Origin: an uncultured virus (IMG/VR IMGVR_UViG_3300046000_006880)
Lineage: Duplodnaviria; Heunggongvirae; Uroviricota; Caudoviricetes
Reading direction: 5' to 3' (one strand)
Length of the DNA stretch: 64,000 bases
IMG/VR virus record: IMGVR_UViG_3300046000_006880
A model generated the notes under the pieces. It saw only the letters and a list, made by a program, of their open reading frames with translations, was not told the DNA's origin and did no database searches. This document shows, one piece after another, positions 8,816 through 15,878 of this stretch (positions are counted from its first letter, which is position 1; every line of letters begins with the position of its first letter). Made by a program: the position numbers and the translations under genes.

Positions 8816-9603
8816 TACTTAGCCTTTAATGCCTTAAAAGTAATGGCATCTACAATACCATCAGCCTTAAGCTTGTTTGCTGATTGAAATGCTTTGACAG
8901 CTTTTTCTGTTCCTGGACCAAAATCTCCATCAGACTTAAGCCCAAGAAACTTTTGAACTTTCTTAACTGACTCACCCTTTGACCCATTCTTAAGTGGCTT
9001 AAATGCTGCTGCTTTCTTTGCAGCTGGCTTAGCAGCAGGCTTTGCAGGTTCTGAAACAGCACTACCCTTTGACAATAGTGGAGCATTTTCTTCTCCTACG
9101 TAAACTGGACGACCCCAACCAACAACTGCGTTAAGAATACCCTTCTTATTCTTTACATAAGCACGAGTTTTTTCTACACACATTCCGCCATTGCGCTGGT
9201 CTCCCTTTGCAGTTCCAGATGTGTTTCCTTCAATAACCTGAATTGTTCCGTCACCATTGTTCTTAATGCAAAGACCAACATGTGAAATACGATTTACACC
9301 ATCATCTGGGAAATCAAAATAAATCCAGTCTCCTGGAGTTGGATCATCATTACGAGCATCTGCCCAACGATTATTCTTCTTAAACCAATCTGCTGCTGCA
9401 ACTGTTGAAGCAGACTTTGGATACTTCTTTGGATCTAGTCCTGATGTGAATGCAGACCAAGATACAAATGATTGGCACCATGGCTGGAAGTTTGCACCAG
9501 TCCACTTACCATACTTTGTTTCATTATCTTTTGGACCTTCAATAGTTCCAACTTCTTTCTTTGCAACCTCAATGATTGCTTCTAGCGAGCCTTTAACAGC
9601 CAT
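8815..9603 (-). CDS. Endolysin: CHAP amidase/peptidase plus peptidoglycan-binding domain
   Basis: PWCQSFVSW (catalytic Cys), SHVG (His), IEGNT; C-terminal LKNGSKGESVKKVQ..DGDFGPGTEKAVKAFQ PG_binding_1 pattern. Confidence 0.92.
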   Translation of the reverse strand: MAVKGSLEAIIEVAKKEVGTIEGPKDNETKYGKWTGANFQPWCQSFVSWSAFTSGLDPKKYPKSASTVAAADWFKKNNRWADARNDDPTPGDWIYFDFPDDGVNRISHVGLCIKNNGDGTIQVIEGNTSGTAKGDQRNGGMCVEKTRAYVKNKKGILNAVVGWGRPVYVGEENAPLLSKGSAVSEPAKPAAKPAAKKAAAFKPLKNGSKGESVKKVQKFLGLKSDGDFGPGTEKAVKAFQSANKLKADGIVDAITFKALKAK

Positions 9604-9639
9604 ATATAACCTCCTAAAGTTAGTATTTCAATTATAGCA

Positions 9640-9915
9640 TCAAGCAGTCTTTGCTGTCAATCTGTTATAAGTTCTTATCCTATGACAGTTTGCACATACT
9701 ACTTCACATTTTAATATTTCTTTTTTTATTGCTGCCCAGGAAAATCCATCGTGGATCATTCTGGAAATATTATATTTTTTATCTCTTAGGTGATCAAAAT
9801 CTAAAACTATGTGATTGGATTCTCCGCAGTCAGAACACCCGCTAGCCTCTTTAATTTCTTTAAGACGCCTTTTGAATTGCTGTTTGTTATAAACTGCCAA
9901 TTCTTTTTCTGACAT
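9640..9915 (-). CDS. HNH-like endonuclease
   Basis: CSDCG, LDFDH and CEVVCANCHRIRT motifs. Start taken as MSEKEL. Confidence 0.8.
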   Translation of the reverse strand: MSEKELAVYNKQQFKRRLKEIKEASGCSDCGESNHIVLDFDHLRDKKYNISRMIHDGFSWAAIKKEILKCEVVCANCHRIRTYNRLTAKTA

Positions 9916-9942
9916 GGTTTTATAATTATACACCTAAATGTA

Positions 9943-10028
9943 AAGCCCCACACAGGTATTCCAGGCACAATAGCCACGGTCAAACAAATGGGTAACTAAG
10001 CCATCTCTAAGGTCCTGTGTGGGGACTT
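9943..10028 (-). ncRNA. Candidate structured small RNA of unknown family
   Basis: Perfect 11 bp terminal stem (CCCCACACAGG 9946-9956 / CCTGTGTGGGG 10014-10024) enclosing two short internal hairpins. TACAAT -10 box at 10034-10039 on the minus strand. Confidence 0.5.
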
Positions 10029-10039
10029 CTTATATTGTA

Positions 10040-10456
10040 CTACTTGATTTTAATTGTTTTTGGCTTCTTTTCTTCAGGAACAATACGGTCAACATTAATG
10101 TTTAACATACCATCCTTTAGTTCTGCACCAGTTACTTCCATGTACTCGCCAAGGGCAAATGATCGTATAAATTTACGACCAGCAATACCCTTGTGAACTA
10201 CTTCAGCATCTTCTACCTCGGTAATTTCACCCTTAATAATCAAGGTTCCATTGTCTACTGACACATCAATGTCATCTTTTGTAAATCCTGCAATTGCAAG
10301 AGACAGCCTATATGTATCTTCATCTAGTTTGATAAGATCATATGGAGGATATGACTGTAGATTTGTTTTGTGTGCGGTACTTAAACGACCTAGCTCCCTA
10401 TTGAAGCCAATAAAAAAAGGATCATTGAAAAGATCCATTGCGAATTGATTTACCAT
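10040..10456 (-). CDS. hsp20: Small heat-shock protein Hsp20 (IbpA-like)
   Basis: YPPYDLIK, LAIAGF, HKGIAGRKFIRSF and AELKDGML..VPEEKKPKTIKI motifs. Confidence 0.95.
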   Translation of the reverse strand: MVNQFAMDLFNDPFFIGFNRELGRLSTAHKTNLQSYPPYDLIKLDEDTYRLSLAIAGFTKDDIDVSVDNGTLIIKGEITEVEDAEVVHKGIAGRKFIRSFALGEYMEVTGAELKDGMLNINVDRIVPEEKKPKTIKIK

Positions 10457-10457
10457 T

Positions 10458-10506
10458 TTATTCCCCTTTCAAGCGAATAAGTTAGTGTACCCCCGTAGGC
10501 AGTACA
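10458..10506 (-). promoter_or_regulatory. ROSE-like RNA thermometer in the hsp20 5' UTR
   Basis: UUAUUCGCUU-GAAA-GGGGAAUAA hairpin pairs the SD with UCGCU and a bulged G; an upstream hairpin is capped by C(UACG)G. Confidence 0.6.
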
Positions 10507-10526
10507 ATCCTATTATACCAAATATT

Positions 10527-10600
10527 TGGAGCGGATAGCGGGAATCAAACCCGCACATTAACCTTGGCAAGGTTACGCACTATCACTATGCAATATCCGC
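10527..10600 (-). tRNA. tRNA-Gly(GCC) with encoded CCA
   Basis: Cloverleaf: acceptor GCGGATA/TATCCGC, D stem GCAT/GTGC, anticodon arm TAACC-TTGCCAA-GGTTA, T arm GCGGG-TTTGATT-CCCGC, discriminator T, CCA. Confidence 0.92.
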
Positions 10601-10604
10601 ATTG

Positions 10605-10677
10605 CTGGCCCACCAGGTCTCGATCCTGGGACATTCGAATTAACAGTTCGACGCTCTACCAACTGAGCTATGGGCCA
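10605..10677 (-). tRNA. tRNA-Asn(GTT), CCA not encoded
   Basis: Acceptor TGGCCCA/TGGGCCA, D arm GCTC-AGTTGGTA-GAGC, anticodon arm TCGAA-CTGTTAA-TTCGA, T arm CCAGG-ATCGAGA-CCTGG, discriminator G. Confidence 0.9.
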
Positions 10678-10684
10678 TTAGATA

Positions 10685-10867
10685 TTAGTCTAAGACCTTA
10701 ACAACAACAAGACATGGGTCTCCACCTTGGTCCCACTCTTCCATCTCTTCTTCGCTCATGTAAGGATCGCCTTCATGAGTATTACAAAACGGTTCAGTTA
10801 CCCATCCCCGCTCAATTCCATTTTCTAGCCATATACGAAACTCTAAATGATTTTCTTCTGTGATCAT
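10685..10867 (-). CDS. Hypothetical protein
   Basis: FCNTHEGDP and GGDPC motifs; ATG lies 6 nt after TATACT, so probably leaderless. Confidence 0.7.
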   Translation of the reverse strand: MITEENHLEFRIWLENGIERGWVTEPFCNTHEGDPYMSEEEMEEWDQGGDPCLVVVKVLD

Positions 10868-10882
10868 ATTATAAGTATATCC

Positions 10883-11413
10883 CTAAACGCTTACTACGTC
10901 AACTGGACCCATGCATGATGGGTTAAATTTAATTGCTGAATTTACTGCTCCTACTGCACGTTTTCTTGCATCCTTAGTTTTTTCTGTGGCATTTAAATAA
11001 CCATATGCATATTCTGCACCAGAGCCCATAGCAAGATATGGAACTGTGTACTTAGATAAAGACATATCTGCAGAACTATGCTCATAGATTTCTCCACGTA
11101 CTGCAATGATCAAACCAAAGTCTGATTCTTTTCCTGTTTCAACCCACCAATCAGTATAAAACTGCTTAAGTTGTTTAATAAATTTGGTTTGCATAAACTT
11201 GTCTGTATCTTTAATATCAGGAACATAGGGATTAAAGTTATATCTCATGCGTTCTCCATCCATAGAGCCAGCATAACCAATCAAGTATGGTCCAAGCTTC
11301 CACACCTTTGGTGCTGTTAGTGCTAGAATAGTACCGTCGTCAGATGCACCACGGTCACCTGCCATATAGATCTTATTGTTTATTTCATCACGAACGACTG
11401 CAATACAAGTCAT
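10883..11413 (-). CDS. HslV/proteasome-beta-like Ntn protease
   Basis: Start MTCIAVV exposes Thr1. MAGD..., PKV, IGYAGS and AMGSGAEYAYG motifs; GGGAGG SD. Confidence 0.82.
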   Translation of the reverse strand: MTCIAVVRDEINNKIYMAGDRGASDDGTILALTAPKVWKLGPYLIGYAGSMDGERMRYNFNPYVPDIKDTDKFMQTKFIKQLKQFYTDWWVETGKESDFGLIIAVRGEIYEHSSADMSLSKYTVPYLAMGSGAEYAYGYLNATEKTKDARKRAVGAVNSAIKFNPSCMGPVDVVSV

Positions 11414-11443
11414 GCAGAAACCCCTCCCAAAGCGATACATTCA

Positions 11444-11473
11444 AGTATACCATTGCCTGGGAGGGGCTGTCAA
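11444..11473 (-). promoter_or_regulatory. Consensus sigma70-type promoter for the protease gene
   Basis: TTGACA (11473-11468), 18 nt spacer ending TGG, TATACT (11449-11444). Confidence 0.8.
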
Positions 11474-11493
11474 ATAAGGTCAAATATCTTTAA

Positions 11494-11793
11494 TTATGCT
11501 GTTTTTGATCTTGATCTGCGCTTTTCAACTACTTCATCTTGCACAGTTTTTGCATTTTTGTCTGTGGTAGAGAATGCTGCATTAATCTCATCTCTTGTGA
11601 GTCTGCCGTCATCCATAAATGCACGAGCCAACTTCTCAACAACTACTGCTACTGCACTAAGTCCAGCAACTGTCATAGCCTTTGCTACTGAGATACCTGC
11701 AATTGCTCCCGCACCGATTACTGCTAGTGCATTTGCTGCAAATACCGCAACAATACGCATAAGAATATTCCAAATGTTTGTGATACTGTTCAT
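11494..11793 (-). CDS. Small membrane protein (two TM helices; possible holin or accessory to the surface protein)
   Basis: Two Ala-rich hydrophobic helices, then DDGRLTRDEIN and a basic tail. Confidence 0.7.
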   Translation of the reverse strand: MNSITNIWNILMRIVAVFAANALAVIGAGAIAGISVAKAMTVAGLSAVAVVVEKLARAFMDDGRLTRDEINAAFSTTDKNAKTVQDEVVEKRRSRSKTA

Positions 11794-11795
11794 GT

Positions 11796-11975
11796 TTACT
11801 CCTCTTTATTTCTAATAGGACTAGTTATAATCCAAAGACCAAGGGTTGCCATAATTCCATAGCCAACAATAGTCTTTGCGCTACCGTCCAAAACAACCCA
11901 GGCAATAAACATTCCAAGAAGAGTCCATGCCTGATCTACTAGGTCTTTCATTATATTCTTTATTACTCTTACCAT
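11796..11975 (-). CDS. Small membrane protein (59 aa, absent from the ORF track)
   Basis: Hand translation gives MVRVIKNIMKDLVDQAWTLLGMFIAWVVLDGSAKTIVGYGIMATLGLWIITSPIRNKEE; GAGGAGG SD; overlaps the upstream stop. Confidence 0.75.
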   Translation of the reverse strand: MVRVIKNIMKDLVDQAWTLLGMFIAWVVLDGSAKTIVGYGIMATLGLWIITSPIRNKEE

Positions 11976-14041
11976 TTTCTTCCTCCTCTTGAACCTGGTA
12001 AATTGCTGCCTGAGCCTCCACCAGAACTTCCTCCACCACTAGAGCCTCCTGCTGCTCCTCCTGTTGCAACCGCTGCTGCGTTAATTGCTGCACCTGTTGC
12101 TACAACTGTTGCAACAACCATATCTGTTGCCTCTTCTCTTTCGCTTTCTGTCATGTCGGCACCAATACTTCCAATGGCTGCTAAGGCTGCCCCTGGATCA
12201 GTGAATACTGCTTCTATTAATGCTCCTGGATCTTGAACTAATTCTACGTTTGCTGCAACTTCTGCAGTAATAACAAGCACCTCACCAGACTCTGATGTTC
12301 TAACTTCAATTGGAGTATCTGGTGGCAAGTCTTTAAGTTCAACTCCAGAGGCTTGAATTTCTGCTACTGAAATTGATTCTCCTGGCTTAAGGTCTTCTAT
12401 TAATGTTGCTATCACAACATCTTTTTGCTCTTCAGTTAATTCTTTTCCAGACTCTACATCTTTCTTTATATCATCAATAATTTTTTCTTCTTCTGCAATA
12501 ACCGCTAACTCTTCTGCAATTTCCGCTTCTTCCTCTGCTATGGCTGCTTCCTTTTCTGCTATAGCATTTGCTATTTCTTGTTCCATAGCCTCTTGCTCAG
12601 CAGCAATTTTTTCTTCTTCTGCTTTGGCATTTGCCTCTTCTTGCGCTTCTGCTTCTTCTTGTGCAATACGGTCTGCTTCTGCTTGGGCTTCTGCTTCCAT
12701 TTGTGCTTGTGCCGCTTCAAGTTCTGCTGCTATACGATCAGCCTCTGCATTTGCATCTATCTCTGCCTGTATTCTTGCTGCCTCTTCTGCCATTGCTGCT
12801 TCTTCTTCTGCAATTTTGGCAGCAAGTTCTGCTGCAATTCTATTTGCTTCTGCATTGGCTGCAGCAATTTCTGCAAGCCTGTTTGCTTCTGCTTGTGCTT
12901 CTGCTGCTTGCTGTGCAATTAACGCTGCTGTTTCTGCTTGTATCCTTGCTGCTTCTGCTTGTTGTGCAGATAACTGGGCTGCTACCTGTGCAGCAATTTC
13001 TGCCTCAGTTGGTCCAGTAGGTACTACTGTAACTGGTCCTGTTGGAACCGCTGGTGTTGTTACAGTTGTTGTTTCGCTAGGTATTGTAACAGTTGCTGTT
13101 TCAGGTGTTGGTGTTGTTACGGTTGTTGTTTCAGAGGGGCTGGGAGTCGGAGTAGGGGAAGGCTCTGGAACAGGTGCTACATATGTAGAACCAGTAACAA
13201 CATTTGAATTTACAGAGTAAAGGGCAAATGTATCGTTATCTGATCTAATATGAAATGACCATACTGTTCCTGCTGGCATAAGACCATCTAGTAAAGAATG
13301 ATTGATTGTAATTGTTGTATTTAAAGAATTTGGTCCACCAACATTTCCAGTTGCAATTCCCCAGCCATTGCATCCAGAACAATTAAAACTAATTGCATAT
13401 CTTTCTGGTTGAGTGTTTCCAGTGTCTGGTGCTTCCCAACTTAAAACTGTTGATGTTTCTCCACTAATTATTGTTAAGTTTCTTGGAGGACCTATTGTTT
13501 TTATTACTGGGGCTGCCTGTGAAGTAAATGCTGATGCTGGAATAATATCCATAGATCCAGATTGATCCCAGTTTAAAAATACGTTTGCTCCCCCGCCATT
13601 TTCATAGTACATTAACTCTATGGTTTTTGGAACTCCAGCTGTAAAAGATATTGGATCAGTCGTAGTTCCTCCACCACCTTTATCAACCCAGTCATCTGCC
13701 ACTAATACTTCATCAATATATAACCTTGTACCATCGTCTGCTGTTGCTAAAAATGATATATTTTGAGTTGTATTACTAACAATAGACCCAGTAAATCGTA
13801 CGATAACATCCTCTGAAGGGCCACCTAAGACACTACCACCACCCCACTGGAAGTCAATGTTGGGTACATTTGTAGTTACTACTGGAGAGGCTCCCTGTGG
13901 TATATAAGGGGCACCATTCTGTCCCAGTACATCATAGACCTGAGCAGTCAAACCTTCTGCTGCGTGGGCCTTATCAATTATTAAAAGCAGGGGAAATAGA
14001 GCAAGGGATAAGACCAATGCTATTCTTAATAATATTTTAAT
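11969..14041 (-). CDS. Exported surface protein: signal peptide, PA14 domain, fibronectin type III domain, Pro/Thr linker, Ala/Glu coiled coil, C-terminal hydrophobic segment
   Basis: PA14 motifs IDFQWGGG, ATADDGTRLYID, YYENGGGA; FN3 GPPRNL..LSWEAP; AHA signal peptidase site. Start placed at ATT 14041 (see findings); first canonical start is TTG 14017. Confidence 0.85.
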   Translation of the reverse strand: MKILLRIALVLSLALFPLLLIIDKAHAAEGLTAQVYDVLGQNGAPYIPQGASPVVTTNVPNIDFQWGGGSVLGGPSEDVIVRFTGSIVSNTTQNISFLATADDGTRLYIDEVLVADDWVDKGGGGTTTDPISFTAGVPKTIELMYYENGGGANVFLNWDQSGSMDIIPASAFTSQAAPVIKTIGPPRNLTIISGETSTVLSWEAPDTGNTQPERYAISFNCSGCNGWGIATGNVGGPNSLNTTITINHSLLDGLMPAGTVWSFHIRSDNDTFALYSVNSNVVTGSTYVAPVPEPSPTPTPSPSETTTVTTPTPETATVTIPSETTTVTTPAVPTGPVTVVPTGPTEAEIAAQVAAQLSAQQAEAARIQAETAALIAQQAAEAQAEANRLAEIAAANAEANRIAAELAAKIAEEEAAMAEEAARIQAEIDANAEADRIAAELEAAQAQMEAEAQAEADRIAQEEAEAQEEANAKAEEEKIAAEQEAMEQEIANAIAEKEAAIAEEEAEIAEELAVIAEEEKIIDDIKKDVESGKELTEEQKDVVIATLIEDLKPGESISVAEIQASGVELKDLPPDTPIEVRTSESGEVLVITAEVAANVELVQDPGALIEAVFTDPGAALAAIGSIGADMTESEREEATDMVVATVVATGAAINAAAVATGGAAGGSSGGGSSGGGSGSNLPGSRGGRKW

Positions 14042-14106
14042 ATTTAACTCCTTGTAGTCGTAGTGGTGGTATGACTAACAAGACTATTATATCATTTTAT
14101 AGAAAC

Positions 14107-14138
14107 AAAAAAGGGGCTAGCACTTGGCTAACCCCCTA
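14107..14138 (-). terminator. Intrinsic terminator
   Basis: Minus strand GGGGTTAGC-CAAGT-GCTAGCCCC followed by TTTTTT. Confidence 0.8.
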
Positions 14139-14151
14139 ATTGTTGGATTAA

Positions 14152-15858
14152 TTAAGCACGAACCTTCTTTTGGATCTTTACGACCAAAGCGGTTAGTGAT
14201 GTAAGTTGCTTCTTTAGTGAAGCAATTAATGTTGCAACTTCAGTTGACAACTTAGCAACTGCATCAACTGCAGCCTGTGCAGAAACTGTTGCTGCATCTG
14301 CTGCTTTTGCTGCTGCATTTGCTGCATCTGTAGCAGCCTGTGCTGCTTTTGCTGCATCTTCAGAAGCCTTTGTAGCAGCTTTTGCTGCTTCATTAGAAAC
14401 CTTTGCTGATGCTGCGACAAGAACTTGTCCAGCAAGTGGAAGTGAAGTTCCACCTGTTGCTGAGATAGTTACAGTATTTTCTGACAAAGGCATAAATACC
14501 TTATAAGACTTTACTGTTTCTGTATCAGTTGTAATTGATGTTGCTGTAATAACATCGGATCCTGAACCAAATGCATATGTAGAAGTAATTCCACCTGTAG
14601 CAAATAGGTTAGCATGTGTCTTTCCAGATACTGGAAGACCTGATGCATCAAGAACTTGAACCTTAACGGTTGCTGCTTCTCCTGGCATATAAACTTCTTT
14701 GTCAAAAGACAACTTTACAGTTGCTGCTGTACCCTCTACACGAGTAGATACTGGGTTAGAAGAAATTGTGCCAGACTTAATTGTAACTGCAACTCCGCCA
14801 GCCTTAACGCCTGTAAGAGTGAACACTGCTTCACCATTGACAATAGTTGCTGCTGTACCTGTATCAGATACTACTGCAATATCGCTTGAGTACGCATTAA
14901 GTGTTCCTGCACCTACTGTTACGCCTGCTGCATCTTTTGCAACTGCCTTAACAGTTGTTACGTTTGCACCAACAGCAATAACAGACTTAATTGAAGTTGC
15001 TACGATTGAAGCAATGTCTCCATAGAATGTTACTTGCTCTGTTGCAATTACTGTGCCTGTAAGAGTTGTAAGAGTAATTGTTGATACTCCTGCTGTACCG
15101 TCAGCAAATACACCAATGTAATTGCCTGTAGGAATTACTAATGCACGACCAGTTGCTGACATTGTTGTAGCATTTGATCCGTACCCAATAAGTCCTGAAC
15201 CTGAAACAGTTGCAAGGATTGACTCTGTTGCTGATCCGCCTGCTGCATTTTTAGGTGTAACAACGATAACCGCTGCTGCATCTGTTGCTGTAGCCTTTGG
15301 AGCATAAACTGAAGCATCTGCTGTTGCAGTTGTAACTTCACCAGAATTTAAAAATGAAGTTGTAGTTGAAGCAGAAGGTGTTAGATCCGCTGCCTTAACT
15401 GTAACTGTCCATGCTACTGAAGGACCATTTGCTGGTGTTGTAGTAAGAATTCGTGCATCATATGTACCTGCAACTGAAGGTGCATTCAAAGTTACCAAGA
15501 ACTTTGCTGTTACATATGTAGGTGTATTAACTGTTGAGTTAATATCTGCTGAAACATTATTGCCTGCAATAACTACAGATGCAGTTGAAGTTTCAATTAG
15601 TGACATAGTTGCAGACTTTGCTGCACCTGTTGGTTGTGAAAACATAGCAGAGATAACTGTTGCAGTATCTGCTAATGTTTGAGAAATAAATGACAATGTG
15701 ACTACTGCAGTTGCAGACTCACCAGCGGTAACGGCATCAGTTGCCGCATCAATAGTTAGAGTTGGTGCATTTACAGCAGCACTTGTCGGAAGTGCCGATA
15801 GTACGCCAAAAGACATTGCTGCAGCTAGTCCTAGAGCGATTTTTTTAAATGAATTCAT
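14152..15858 (-). CDS. Secreted Ala/Thr-rich Ig-like (S-layer-like) surface protein
   Basis: Signal peptide MNSFKKIALGLAAAMSFGVLSALPTSA; beta-rich Ig-like repeats (KLSFDKEVYMPGE, VLDASGLPVSG); C-terminal coiled coil ending LVVKIQKKVRA. Confidence 0.7.
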   Translation of the reverse strand: MNSFKKIALGLAAAMSFGVLSALPTSAAVNAPTLTIDAATDAVTAGESATAVVTLSFISQTLADTATVISAMFSQPTGAAKSATMSLIETSTASVVIAGNNVSADINSTVNTPTYVTAKFLVTLNAPSVAGTYDARILTTTPANGPSVAWTVTVKAADLTPSASTTTSFLNSGEVTTATADASVYAPKATATDAAAVIVVTPKNAAGGSATESILATVSGSGLIGYGSNATTMSATGRALVIPTGNYIGVFADGTAGVSTITLTTLTGTVIATEQVTFYGDIASIVATSIKSVIAVGANVTTVKAVAKDAAGVTVGAGTLNAYSSDIAVVSDTGTAATIVNGEAVFTLTGVKAGGVAVTIKSGTISSNPVSTRVEGTAATVKLSFDKEVYMPGEAATVKVQVLDASGLPVSGKTHANLFATGGITSTYAFGSGSDVITATSITTDTETVKSYKVFMPLSENTVTISATGGTSLPLAGQVLVAASAKVSNEAAKAATKASEDAAKAAQAATDAANAAAKAADAATVSAQAAVDAVAKLSTEVATLIASLKKQLTSLTALVVKIQKKVRA

Positions 15859-15878
15859 CTTTCTCCTTGTTAGTATTT

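Noticed and set aside
9943..10028. Pistol ribozyme or tRNA identity for the structured RNA
   Set aside because: GCCACG...AAA...TAAGCC on the plus strand resembles pistol only superficially and the P1 partner strand is missing; there is no T arm or cloverleaf.
11881..12093. 70 aa minus-strand ORF in the track
   Set aside because: Alternate frame overlapping two better supported genes (11969-14041 and 11796-11975).
12003..13220. Long plus-strand ORFs (12003-12236, 12540-13220, 12578-12922, 12631-13020)
   Set aside because: Antisense shadows of the low-complexity Ala/Glu region; no SD or credible product. The same applies to the other plus-strand ORFs beyond position 3327.
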